Shown here: positions 22,727 through 32,467 of the stretch, piece by piece | How the letters are laid out: each line of letters opens with the position of its first letter | Numbering within the stretch: the first letter of the stretch is position 1 | Source: Rubripirellula sp. | Lineage (GTDB): Bacteria; Planctomycetota; Planctomycetia; Pirellulales; Pirellulaceae | DNA: 64,000 nt | Direction: 5' to 3' | Assembly (NCBI GenBank): GCA_965216875.1 | Contig: OZ244207.1 | Location: 4,640,001-4,704,000, forward strand | Position numbers and translations under genes: made by a program | Notes under the pieces: generated by a model | The model's input: the letters and a program-made list of their open reading frames with translations, nothing else | What the model was told of the DNA's origin: nothing | Databases searched by the model: none

Positions 22727-25700
22727 CTAGGCGGTTGCCGACTCTTCCTGACGTTTCATTTCTTCCAAAACGCGTTTGAAGTCGGTTGGCATCACCTTGA
22801 CGCATTGGGCCAGGAAGCCGTCCCAATCATCAAGCACTTGCTGGGCAACAACGCTGCCGGTGTACTGCTGATGACGGCGAACCATCTCCTTGACGTCCTC
22901 TTCTTCCTCGGACGTTTCGATCTTTTCCAAAGCGACCGTTGCAAGGTTGCAGTTCAAATTAAAATCGCCGTCACGATCCCAGATGTAGGCGATCCCGCCC
23001 GACATCCCAGCGGCAAAGTTACGCCCAGTGGCTCCCAGGCAAACCATGCGGCCACCGGTCATGTATTCACAACCATGGTCACCAACGCCTTCGACCACGG
23101 TCCGTGCACCACTGTTGCGAACACAGAAACGTTCGGCCGCACGACCGCGGAAGTAAGCCTCGCCACCCGTCGCTCCGTAAAGGCAAACGTTACCGATCAG
23201 AATGTTGTCTTCGGCCGTGAAGCTACTTTCACGTGGCGGGAAGACAACCAATCGACCGCCGCTGAGGCCTTTGCCGACATAGTCGTTCGCGTCGCCTTCG
23301 AGTTCGATTGTCACGCCGTGCGAAAGGAACGCACCAAGACTTTGTCCTGCCGAGCCGGTCAGTTCGATGCGGACGGTGTCCTCTGGCAGCCCCTTTTGCC
23401 CGTAACGTTTTGCAATCTCGTTGCTAAGAATCGTGCCGACGGTGCGGTTGATGTTCACGATCGGTGATTGGATCGTGACCGGCTCACCCCGCTCGAGCGC
23501 CGGTGCGGCTGCTTCGACCAACTTGGTCAAGTCGAGCGACTTTTCCAAACCGTGATCTTGTGCTTGTGTGCAGATCACGTCGACGTCGTCGTGTGGTTTG
23601 TTGGCAGGCATCAACACCGAAGTCAAATCCAAGCCGTCTGCTTTCCAGTGCTTGATCGCCGCATCGGTTTCGAGCACTTCGCTGTGACCGACCATCTCGT
23701 CGATCGACTTGAAGCCAAGTTTGGCCATCAAACGACGAGCTTCCTCGGCAACCATGAACAAGTAATTGACAACGTGTTCTGGCTTGCCGGTGAATTTCTT
23801 ACGCAGGTCGGGGTCTTGAGTCGCGATTCCGACAGGGCAAGTGTTCAAGTGACACTTCCGCATCATGATGCAGCCCATCGTGATCAGCGGAGCGGTTGAG
23901 AAACCGAATTCTTCGGCACCCAACAATGCCGCAACCACGACGTCGCGACCCGTTTTCAATCCACCGTCAGTTTGCAGGACGACTCGGCTTCGCAGGTCGT
24001 TAAGCACGAGAACTTGGTGCGTTTCAGCGATCCCAAGTTCCCAAGGCAGACCCGCGTGTTTGATGCTCGTCAACGGCGAAGCACCCGTTCCGCCGGTGTC
24101 ACCCGAAATCAGGATGTGATCGGCGTGTGCTTTGGCAACACCGGAGGCGATCACACCGACGCCCACTTCACTGACCAACTTGACGCTAATCCGCGAGGCG
24201 CGGTTGGCGTTCTTCAAGTCGTGAATCAGTTGCGCAAGGTCTTCGATCGAATAAATGTCGTGGTGAGGCGGAGGACTGATCAGACCGACCCCCGGCGTGC
24301 TGTAACGAATTCGGGCGATGTTCTTATCGACCTTCTTGCCTGGCAGTTCACCACCTTCGCCTGGCTTGGCACCCTGCGAGATCTTGATTTGGATCTCATC
24401 TGCGTTGGTCAAGTATTCGATCGTGACACCAAAGCGTCCCGACGCAACTTGCTTGATGGCCGAACGCTTGGAATCGCCGTTCTCGAGCGGCTGGAAACGA
24501 ATGGGGTCTTCACCACCCTCGCCGGTGTTGCTTTTGCCACCCAAACGATTCATCGCGATCGCGAGCGACTCGTGCGATTCGGCACTGATGCTGCCGAAAC
24601 TCATCGCACCGGTACAGAACCGCTTCACGATTTCTTTGGCTGGTTCGACTTCGTCGAGTGCAATCGACTTGCGAACGTCTTCTTTGAAGCCAAGCAGACC
24701 ACGCAGCGTGCAACGCGAACGATTGTCAGCGTTGATGGTGTGGGCAAACTTCCAGTAAGCGTCTTCGTTGTTGTTTCGAGCAGCAAGCTGCAGATTCGAA
24801 ATCGCTTGTGGCGACCAAGCGTGCTTTTCGCCTTCGGCTCGCCAGTGGAATTCGCCCATATTGGGCAACTGAGGCAACTGGTCGTCGACGCGTTCGGGGA
24901 AACCGAGTGCATGACGACGCAGCGTTTCTTCGGCGATCACGTCGAACGACACACCTTGAATGCGGCTCGCCGTACCCACAAAACACTTGTCGATCACTTC
25001 ATCCTTCAAGCCAAGTGCTTCAAAGATTTGGGCGCCCTTGTAACTTTGCAGCGTCGAGATGCCCATCTTGGCCATCACCTTCAGCATGCCCTTGGCGACG
25101 CCTTTGCGATAAGCGGCGACAACCTTGTCATCATCAAGCGATGGATCCATCAAGCCGTCACGGCGAGCCTGCCAGAGTGCTTCGAAGGCAAGGTAGGGGT
25201 TGATTGCGTCCGCACCGTAGCCGATCAACAAACAGTGGTGATGCACTTCGCGAGCTTCGCCCGACTCGACGACCAATCCGATTCGCGTTCGCTTGGCTTG
25301 TTTGACCAAGTGATGGTGGACGGCACCAACGGCTAGCAGCGAGCTGACCGGAATTCGATCCTGCGAAACGGCGCGGTCCGTTAGCACAACAAGCTGGATG
25401 CCTTCGTCGGCGGCCGCTTCCGCTTCTTGAGCGATACGGTCGAGCGTCTTTTGGAGGCCCGCTTTGCCTTCGCTGCGATCGAACGTGATGTCGATCACAC
25501 GGCTATGCCAACCTTCGTAGTTGATGTGTTTGAGCGCCGCGATTTCTTCGTTGGTCAAGATGGGGTGATCGACCAACAAGCGATGGCAATGCTCTGGGGT
25601 CGCGTCGAGCAAGTTTTGCTCGGGACCGATGTAGCATTCCAACGACATGATCACTTCTTCGCGAATCGAATCGATCGAAGGGTTCGTGACCTGGGCGAAG

Positions 25701-27349
25701 AGTTGCTTGAAGTAGTCGTAGATCATGCGCGGCTTGTCGCTCAAACAAGCGATTGCGCTGTCGTTGCCCATCGAACCGACGGGATCACGAAGCTGCTCGA
25801 CCAGCGGACGAAGCATGAAGTTCATCGTCTCGGATGAATACCCGAACGACTGCATGCGTGGCAAAAGGGTGTCGCTATCGAAGCCATGGGGTTCGGTTTC
25901 GGGATGCAAATCGCTCAAACGAATCCGCTGTTCACGCAGCCATTTGCCGTACGGCATTGCACGAGCAAAATCACTCTTGAGTTCTTCGTCAGGGATCATG
26001 CGTCCCTGTTCGAAGTCGACCAGGAACATCTTGCCTGGTTGCAAACGACCTTTCGCCTTGACGATTGCTGGATCGACCGGCAACACACCCACTTCGCTGG
26101 CCATGATCACGCGATCATCGTGTGTGATGTAGTAGCGGCTTGGACGCAAACCGTTTCGGTCGAGCGTCGCACCGATGTACTTTCCGTCGGTAAAGGCGAT
26201 CGACGCAGGACCGTCCCAAGGTTCCATCATGCACGAGAAGTATTCATAGAAAGCACGCTTCTCTTCGGGCATCGTTTCGTGCTTTTGCCATGCTTCGGGG
26301 ACCATCATCATGATCGCTTCTTGAAGCGTTCGGCCGGTCATCAACATGAACTCAAGCACGTTGTCGAACGTTCCCGAGTCACTGCAATGTGGCTCGATGA
26401 CGGGGAAGAGCTTTTGCAGCTCGTCGCCGTAGATGTCGCTTGCGGCCGATCCTTCACGAGCCCGCATCCAGTTGCTGTTACCACGCAGCGTGTTGATTTC
26501 GCCGTTATGGCTCATGAAACGCAGCGGTTGAGCGCGGTCCCAACTGGGGAAGGTGTTGGTCGAGAAACGACTGTGCACCATCGCCAAGTGTGTTTCGTAG
26601 TCTTCGTCACGAAGGTCAGGGAAGTACGGCAACACCTGCTGCGGTGTCAGCATCCCTTTGTAGATGATCACTTTGGTGCTGAGCGAACAGATGTAGAACA
26701 TCAACGCTTGCTTGAGTGTTTCGCTACCACGCAGGGCATGACTTGCCTGCTTGTGGATCATATACAGCTTGCGTTCGAACTGTTCCGAATCGAGTCCATC
26801 GGCAGCGCTGACGAACAACTGTTCGATCACAGGTTCGCTGTTGCGCGCCGTCGGGCCAACGTCGGCAAGATCCGTTTCTTGCGGGACGTCGCGCCATCCG
26901 AGGTGGTTTTGTCCTGCGTCGGCAACCAGCTTTTCGATCGACTCTTTGCAGAACGCACGCTCATCGGCATCGCGGGGCAAAAAGACCAGACCGGCGGCAA
27001 ACCGGCCTGGTTCAGGCAAGTCGACACCCAAGTCTTGCTTGGCGACCTTGGCAAGGAACTTGTGGGGAAGCCCGGTCATGATGCCCGAGCCGTCACCGGT
27101 GTTCGGTTCACAGCCGCATGCGCCGCGGTGATCCATCGCTTGCAGGATCGTGTCGGCATCGAGCACGTTTTGGTGACTCGGCTCGCCCTTGATGTGTGCG
27201 ATGAAGCCAACACCACATGCGTCTTTTTCCTGATTCGGGTCGTAGAGACCCTGTGCAGGAGGCAGGTGGAAAAGAGGTTCGTTGTTGTGTTCGTTCTTGT
27301 CTGTCATAACCATCTCGTCATTGCTTGCCAGCGATTGGCTGTTGAGCAC
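22727..27349 (-). CDS. gltB: Glutamate synthase large subunit
   Basis: EKDACGVGF, HSRFSTNT, GAMSFGSIS, QGAKPGEGG, CIMMRKCHLNTCPVG motifs. Confidence 0.98.
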   Translation of the reverse strand: MLNSQSLASNDEMVMTDKNEHNNEPLFHLPPAQGLYDPNQEKDACGVGFIAHIKGEPSHQNVLDADTILQAMDHRGACGCEPNTGDGSGIMTGLPHKFLAKVAKQDLGVDLPEPGRFAAGLVFLPRDADERAFCKESIEKLVADAGQNHLGWRDVPQETDLADVGPTARNSEPVIEQLFVSAADGLDSEQFERKLYMIHKQASHALRGSETLKQALMFYICSLSTKVIIYKGMLTPQQVLPYFPDLRDEDYETHLAMVHSRFSTNTFPSWDRAQPLRFMSHNGEINTLRGNSNWMRAREGSAASDIYGDELQKLFPVIEPHCSDSGTFDNVLEFMLMTGRTLQEAIMMMVPEAWQKHETMPEEKRAFYEYFSCMMEPWDGPASIAFTDGKYIGATLDRNGLRPSRYYITHDDRVIMASEVGVLPVDPAIVKAKGRLQPGKMFLVDFEQGRMIPDEELKSDFARAMPYGKWLREQRIRLSDLHPETEPHGFDSDTLLPRMQSFGYSSETMNFMLRPLVEQLRDPVGSMGNDSAIACLSDKPRMIYDYFKQLFAQVTNPSIDSIREEVIMSLECYIGPEQNLLDATPEHCHRLLVDHPILTNEEIAALKHINYEGWHSRVIDITFDRSEGKAGLQKTLDRIAQEAEAAADEGIQLVVLTDRAVSQDRIPVSSLLAVGAVHHHLVKQAKRTRIGLVVESGEAREVHHHCLLIGYGADAINPYLAFEALWQARRDGLMDPSLDDDKVVAAYRKGVAKGMLKVMAKMGISTLQSYKGAQIFEALGLKDEVIDKCFVGTASRIQGVSFDVIAEETLRRHALGFPERVDDQLPQLPNMGEFHWRAEGEKHAWSPQAISNLQLAARNNNEDAYWKFAHTINADNRSRCTLRGLLGFKEDVRKSIALDEVEPAKEIVKRFCTGAMSFGSISAESHESLAIAMNRLGGKSNTGEGGEDPIRFQPLENGDSKRSAIKQVASGRFGVTIEYLTNADEIQIKISQGAKPGEGGELPGKKVDKNIARIRYSTPGVGLISPPPHHDIYSIEDLAQLIHDLKNANRASRISVKLVSEVGVGVIASGVAKAHADHILISGDTGGTGASPLTSIKHAGLPWELGIAETHQVLVLNDLRSRVVLQTDGGLKTGRDVVVAALLGAEEFGFSTAPLITMGCIMMRKCHLNTCPVGIATQDPDLRKKFTGKPEHVVNYLFMVAEEARRLMAKLGFKSIDEMVGHSEVLETDAAIKHWKADGLDLTSVLMPANKPHDDVDVICTQAQDHGLEKSLDLTKLVEAAAPALERGEPVTIQSPIVNINRTVGTILSNEIAKRYGQKGLPEDTVRIELTGSAGQSLGAFLSHGVTIELEGDANDYVGKGLSGGRLVVFPPRESSFTAEDNILIGNVCLYGATGGEAYFRGRAAERFCVRNSGARTVVEGVGDHGCEYMTGGRMVCLGATGRNFAAGMSGGIAYIWDRDGDFNLNCNLATVALEKIETSEEEEDVKEMVRRHQQYTGSVVAQQVLDDWDGFLAQCVKVMPTDFKRVLEEMKRQEESATA

Positions 27350-27404
27350 CGCGAAATCGGAAAGCGAGCACCATTGCGACCGAAGCCAGCTGTGCTCGGC
27401 TCAC

Positions 27405-28382
27405 CTACGCGACAACCGAAGTCGCACTTCGACTGTCTATCGCGGAACCGTCCACGGCAGGATTTCCCCCGCTGCCGGATTTACTTCGTTTTCCCGAGTC
27501 GAGCGGACGTCCCAAGAGAAGCGAGCCGAACTCATTGGCAGCTCGACTGAGACGTCCTGATCGTCGGAAGATAATGCCCAGAGGTCGCGTCATGCGTAGC
27601 TCTCGACATGCGACGACTCGCAGTGAGCCGTCAGCGGTTTCGCGGCGAACCGCCGCTTCAGGTACGATCCCAATGCCACGACTGGCCTGGATCGCGCGAA
27701 CCATGGAATCTGCGTTATCAAATTCCATGCGAACGTTAACGTTGACGCCAGCCTTTGCCAAACCTTGATCCACCTCTTGGCGAAGTGGCAACTCAGGCGA
27801 AAAGCCGACCATTTCCATCCCCGTCAATTGCGACGGAGACACTTCGTTCTCGGTTGCCAACCGATGATTGGCCGAACATACGATCCGCATCGGTTCGTTT
27901 TGCCAATGAACGAATTGAAGTTGTTTTGTGCTCTTGGGGAAGCTGACCAAACCAAAGTCCACTTCACCTTCGCTGGTCATTTCGACGACACGCTGACTCG
28001 AACCAAAGTCCATCTTCACATCGACTTCGGGATGCAACCGCGCGAAGGCGTCACACGCCTCAGGCATGTAACTGAGACCAACCGAATAGATGGTGCCAAT
28101 GGAGATGCGACCACTCAGTCGCTTGCTGATGCTGCGGACCTCTTGCTCCAATCGGTCGTAACTTCGCAGCACTCCGCGGAGACCACGGAAGTAGGTCTTG
28201 CCAGCAGTAGTCAGAATAAGAGGTCGCTTCGAACGATTGATCAGTTCAACACCGAGCGACTCTTCAAGCTGTTGCATCGCCTGACTGACGGCGCTCTGAG
28301 TCAATTGATGAACGGCCGCAGCTTTAGAAAAGCTACGCTGTTCGGCAACGGTGCAAAAGATCTCGAGCGTTCGTAGGTGCAA
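27405..28382 (-). CDS. LysR-family transcriptional regulator
   Basis: N-terminal HTH SFSKAA...TQSAVSQ...LEESLG; immediately upstream of gltB. Confidence 0.92.
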   Translation of the reverse strand: MHLRTLEIFCTVAEQRSFSKAAAVHQLTQSAVSQAMQQLEESLGVELINRSKRPLILTTAGKTYFRGLRGVLRSYDRLEQEVRSISKRLSGRISIGTIYSVGLSYMPEACDAFARLHPEVDVKMDFGSSQRVVEMTSEGEVDFGLVSFPKSTKQLQFVHWQNEPMRIVCSANHRLATENEVSPSQLTGMEMVGFSPELPLRQEVDQGLAKAGVNVNVRMEFDNADSMVRAIQASRGIGIVPEAAVRRETADGSLRVVACRELRMTRPLGIIFRRSGRLSRAANEFGSLLLGRPLDSGKRSKSGSGGNPAVDGSAIDSRSATSVVA

Positions 28383-28587
28383 CTGACGTTCTTGCTAATA
28401 TAAGCCCTGCTAATAACAAAGGCATCCGCCTGCAATCAAGTTAATGCAAGGTAAGAACCTCGTCGCAGCCCGTCAAGCGTTTATTTCGCCCCCATTTCGC
28501 GGCAAAGCCCGCTCATTGGGGGTCTGTTTGGGTCAGCGAAAATGGGAGCGGAGGACGCGCCATCTCAATGACTCACCCCCCATGCGA

Positions 28588-28848
28588 TCACTCTGCCGCT
28601 TTGCCAAACCTTTTCGGCAGCGTAAAGGCGTAGATGATCACCACAGCTCCGACGGCGGTGATGACCCAGGGAAACCACTCTTTCGGCTTCCATACCTTCG
28701 TAGCGGGGGACGGGGTTCCCGTAGGATTCACGAAAGAAGATGCTTCGGATTCCGAAGCTGCGTACAAATTGGCGCTATCGATGACCATGCTTTCGAGGCC
28801 AACGATGATCGCCATCACCCCAAGGGCGAGAAAGAGAGAGCGCCACAT
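28588..28848 (-). CDS. Small two-TM membrane protein
   Basis: Two hydrophobic segments; ATG at 28848. Confidence 0.65.
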   Translation of the reverse strand: MWRSLFLALGVMAIIVGLESMVIDSANLYAASESEASSFVNPTGTPSPATKVWKPKEWFPWVITAVGAVVIIYAFTLPKRFGKAAE

Positions 28849-28994
28849 TGGATTGCTTCCCGACAAGTGAGAGGAAAGGGACTCATCAAGAGGGATCGTC
28901 AAACACATCGGCGAACCCTGAGCCGATCAGCTTGCGGCGGCATGTCCGTCAGAAACGGAACGACCGGTGCAACGCTGGGTCGAGGGCCCATTCC

Positions 28995-29041
28995 GTAGCT
29001 ACCTTCGCCAACAGCCCGTAGCTACCTTCGCCAGAAGGTGG
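28995..29041. repeat. GTAG REP family E (GTAGCTACCTTCGCCAGAAGGTGG), partial plus full copy
   Basis: Related copies at 17119, 46107 and 51499. Confidence 0.75.
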
Positions 29042-29101
29042 GACCTTGGTTCAGCCGCTCATCAACACCCCAACACCTGGTGATCGCTGCGACGGCAGGT
29101 G

Positions 29102-29767
29102 CTACGTGACCTTACCGTCGCGGACTTCGACGACGCGTTGGGCCCGCTCGGCCACTTCGTGACTGTGAGTGATCACCACCAGCGTCATGTTCTGCTGGGC
29201 GTGAAGCGATCCGAACAGATTCAGGATCTCCTCGCCGGTGGCACTATCAAGGTTTCCCGTCGGCTCATCCGCCAACAGCACCTGCGGCTCATTGGCCAAC
29301 GAGCGCGCAATGGCGACCCGTTGCCTCTCACCCACCGACAATTTGTTGGGCAGATGATCGGCGCGGTGCGACATACCAACGATCTCGAGCAATTCGCTTG
29401 CACGTGCTTTGCGCTGTGTCGCCGAGCGTTCGGTTTCGAACATCGGCATTTGAATGTTTTCGATCGCCGTCAACGTCGGCAACAGATAGAACGACTGAAA
29501 GACGTAACCAATGTGCTGTGATCGCAATTGGTCGAGCGCCTTTCCTTGCATCAACGGTTGGCCATCAAAGAGAACACGGCCTTGGGTTGGTTGATCAAGA
29601 CCACCGAGGATGTTCAGCAAGGTCGATTTCCCACTGCCACTTGGCCCAACAATCGCAACGTATTCACCACGTCCGATGGAGATGGAAACATCATCAAGTG
29701 CGAGCACATCGCCATCAACAAAGCGGCGAGAAACGTTTTCGGCAACGATGACGGGTGACACAGACAT
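29102..29767 (-). CDS. ABC transporter ATP-binding protein (LolD/MacB-like)
   Basis: [32 protein letters not shown] motifs. Confidence 0.93.
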   Translation of the reverse strand: MSVSPVIVAENVSRRFVDGDVLALDDVSISIGRGEYVAIVGPSGSGKSTLLNILGGLDQPTQGRVLFDGQPLMQGKALDQLRSQHIGYVFQSFYLLPTLTAIENIQMPMFETERSATQRKARASELLEIVGMSHRADHLPNKLSVGERQRVAIARSLANEPQVLLADEPTGNLDSATGEEILNLFGSLHAQQNMTLVVITHSHEVAERAQRVVEVRDGKVT

Positions 29768-30172
29768 AATGCGACAAAGGGAAAGGAGGCAAAAAGCTGG
29801 CGGGCAAAAAAAGGGTGCTGATCGGATCTAGGGACAGGAAGTTAAGCGGTCATCCCTCATTTCGATGCCCTCCATTTTTTTAACGATCGACTTACTACGA
29901 ATTCGGGCCATGGCTCCTCTTATTGCCCCCATGTTTCTGTCCAATTCAAACGCGCGTGGTGCTTTGACCTTCTTAGGCTTTGACAGTGGACCAAATGGTT
30001 CAAGTCGTCGACACCACCCCTTGTCCATTCTCGCGAGACAGCAGACATCGGTTTAGACGACATTCGCCCACTTCGTCGGCCATCATCCCCCCCGAAGGTT
30101 GCTTCGCGCTTCGCGGTGCATCACAATTCGATTTACTCATCTGTGACCGATCGATGCTGGGGGACCACCGTT

Positions 30173-31618
30173 GTGGCAAAAGTCAAAGCTTGGAAGTATC
30201 ACGACTCGAGTCAACCATCCTTTCCTGACGACTTCGAGATTGCTCAGAAAGCGGTCCTGCAAGTCACGGACATCAAGACGAACAAAAACAAGTACTACGC
30301 CATCGAACTGCATGCCGCCGGTGGCAGCTTTCGGGTCTTCACCCACTACGGGCGAACCGACGACCTGGATACGAATCCTGAGAGCGGACAAAAGGAGTGT
30401 CGGTACGCCCTTTCGCTCGCGGAAGCTCAGGCGATCTACCAAACGATCTACAACCAAAAAACCTCCAAGAGCAAAGGGTACCAAGAGCTCGCCCTCGCCT
30501 CGAGCAACATCGGCTCACAGCAGGCTCGAGGCACAAGCAGCGGCGACGTTGACGACAAAACACTCGAAAAGCTCGCCGAAAAAGACAAAGCAAAAGGCAA
30601 GAAGGCGAAGAAGCCGAAGGCAAAGAAATCGTCGTTGCCAGCCAGCGTGCAGACCATCGTTCGCTACATGTACGACGAGGCCACCAACGCGCTCACGTCG
30701 ACCGTCCAGGCCAAGATCACGGCCAATGGAATTGAAACGCCGCTTGGCATCCTGACGATCGGCCAGATCGAAAAGGGAGAAGAAATCCTGACCGATGCCT
30801 ACGAGCTGTTCGGCAAGAAGCGAGCTCGTAACCGAGTGGAACGACTCGAGCAGTATTCAAGCGACTTTTACACCGCAATCCCGCATCGGTTTGGCCGCTC
30901 ACGAGCCGCAGCCGAAGCAGCAGTGATCAATTCACTTGCTGACTTTGAACAGAAACAAGAAACACTGCAGCTGATGAAGGACATGTTGCAGGTCAATGGC
31001 GAAGAAGGCAACGTTTTGTTCGACGCTGCCGTTGATAAAGAATACGAAGCGCTCGGCTGCGAGATTCAAACCGTTGACCCCAAGTCGGCGGAATACAAAG
31101 AGCTGAAACAGTACGTTGAAAAGAGCCAGATCAAGACAAAGACCATACGTGTCAAAAACGTCTTTACACTGCATCGCGAAGAAGAACGCACAGAGTTTCG
31201 AGAGAAACTGAAGAACCAACGCCAGCTTTTCCATGGATCACGAATCCAAAACTGGGTGGGGCTTTTGTCACGTGGGATTCTGATGCCCAAAATTGTGGTC
31301 AGCATGGGCGTCAATCGCACCGACGCCGGTTGGCTTGGTAACGGAATCTACTTTGGTGACGCCGCATGCACGAGCAACTTCTATACGACCCCCGGGAAAA
31401 AGAAAACTCGCTTGATGGCAGTTTGCAATGTCGCACTCGGCAAGGTCAAACAATTCCACAAAATCACTTATGGAATGGATGCACCTCCGAAAGGATACGA
31501 CAGCTGTCACGGCGTGCGACAACAAAAGGGCGTGCAGTCGCAATTCGCTGACGACGAGTTCGTCATTTACAACACCAACCAACAACACATGCAGTACTTG
31601 GTCGAATTCACAAGCTAA
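30173..31618 (+). CDS. Poly(ADP-ribose) polymerase: WGR, regulatory and catalytic domains
   Basis: WGR-like KYYAIEL...FTHYGRT...KGY; regulatory TPLGILT...FYTAIPH; catalytic LFHGS, GNGIYFGD, DDEFVIY (H-Y-E); GTG start at 30173 after GGGGA. Confidence 0.93.
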   Translation: MAKVKAWKYHDSSQPSFPDDFEIAQKAVLQVTDIKTNKNKYYAIELHAAGGSFRVFTHYGRTDDLDTNPESGQKECRYALSLAEAQAIYQTIYNQKTSKSKGYQELALASSNIGSQQARGTSSGDVDDKTLEKLAEKDKAKGKKAKKPKAKKSSLPASVQTIVRYMYDEATNALTSTVQAKITANGIETPLGILTIGQIEKGEEILTDAYELFGKKRARNRVERLEQYSSDFYTAIPHRFGRSRAAAEAAVINSLADFEQKQETLQLMKDMLQVNGEEGNVLFDAAVDKEYEALGCEIQTVDPKSAEYKELKQYVEKSQIKTKTIRVKNVFTLHREEERTEFREKLKNQRQLFHGSRIQNWVGLLSRGILMPKIVVSMGVNRTDAGWLGNGIYFGDAACTSNFYTTPGKKKTRLMAVCNVALGKVKQFHKITYGMDAPPKGYDSCHGVRQQKGVQSQFADDEFVIYNTNQQHMQYLVEFTS

Positions 31619-31692
31619 TTCTCCGATCGTGTAACATGATTCCAGAAGCACTTGTTCGACGGCAAAGCCAGTGAACTTGAGGGGACAAACAA

Positions 31693-32415
31693 ATGCGTGT
31701 TCGCATCGTTTTGGTCGACATCAATAAGAAGATGATCAACGCTTGGCGTTCGACTTTCGAAGAGAATCCCGAAGTCGAAGTCCTCGAGGGCTCGATGCTT
31801 TCGCAGGAAGTCGACGCTTGGGTCTCGCCAACCAATTCGCGTGGTTCGATGGATGGCGGCCTTGATGCGGTCATCAAGAACGAACTGGGTGGCCAGATTG
31901 AGAACAAAGTTCAAGCAGCAATCAAACAACAACACAGCGGCTTGATGCCTGTTGGTCACGCCACCTGCGTTCCCTCAGGTCGCACAAGGCCCAAGTTCTT
32001 GATCTCGACCCCAACGATGGTCACCTCGTCGGAAAACGTGAGCGACACGATGAATGTCGCTTTGGCGTGTGCAGCGGCCTTTCAAGTCGTTCACATGCAG
32101 AATTCAGCGGAACCGGGAAGCATCACTTCGGTCGCGTTGCCCGGCCTCGGCGCCAACACCGGCCAGGTCCCAGTCGAAATCTGTGCTGACTTGATGTGGA
32201 GCGGTTATAGCCTCTTTCGACGCCGCGGGTTTGAGAGCTTCCAGGCCATGCGGGAAGCCCTTGAATTCGAACTCGGTGACCTGAGTCCGGGATCTTTGCC
32301 GACGCCCGGCCCGATCGAGCTTCCAGAAAATGATGCCTTCCAACCACCCAAACCCGAAGCCGCCGCCCCGCCAAGTGAGAAGGTGGCCGAAGTCGATTTC
32401 GACGACTTCGAATAA
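31693..32415 (+). CDS. Macrodomain protein (ADP-ribose binding/hydrolase)
   Basis: DAWVSPTNSRGSMDGGLD and VALPGLGANTG macro loops; GAGGGG RBS. Confidence 0.9.
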   Translation: MRVRIVLVDINKKMINAWRSTFEENPEVEVLEGSMLSQEVDAWVSPTNSRGSMDGGLDAVIKNELGGQIENKVQAAIKQQHSGLMPVGHATCVPSGRTRPKFLISTPTMVTSSENVSDTMNVALACAAAFQVVHMQNSAEPGSITSVALPGLGANTGQVPVEICADLMWSGYSLFRRRGFESFQAMREALEFELGDLSPGSLPTPGPIELPENDAFQPPKPEAAAPPSEKVAEVDFDDFE

Positions 32416-32467
32416 CCCCGTCTCATCCGCAAACGACGCTCTCCCAACCTACTCACGTTGCACTTGA

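Noticed and set aside
23972..27550. Long + strand ORFs (454 and 554 aa), and similar ones opposite the helicase, fba and gltD
   Set aside because: Antisense shadows of well-conserved genes in GC-rich DNA
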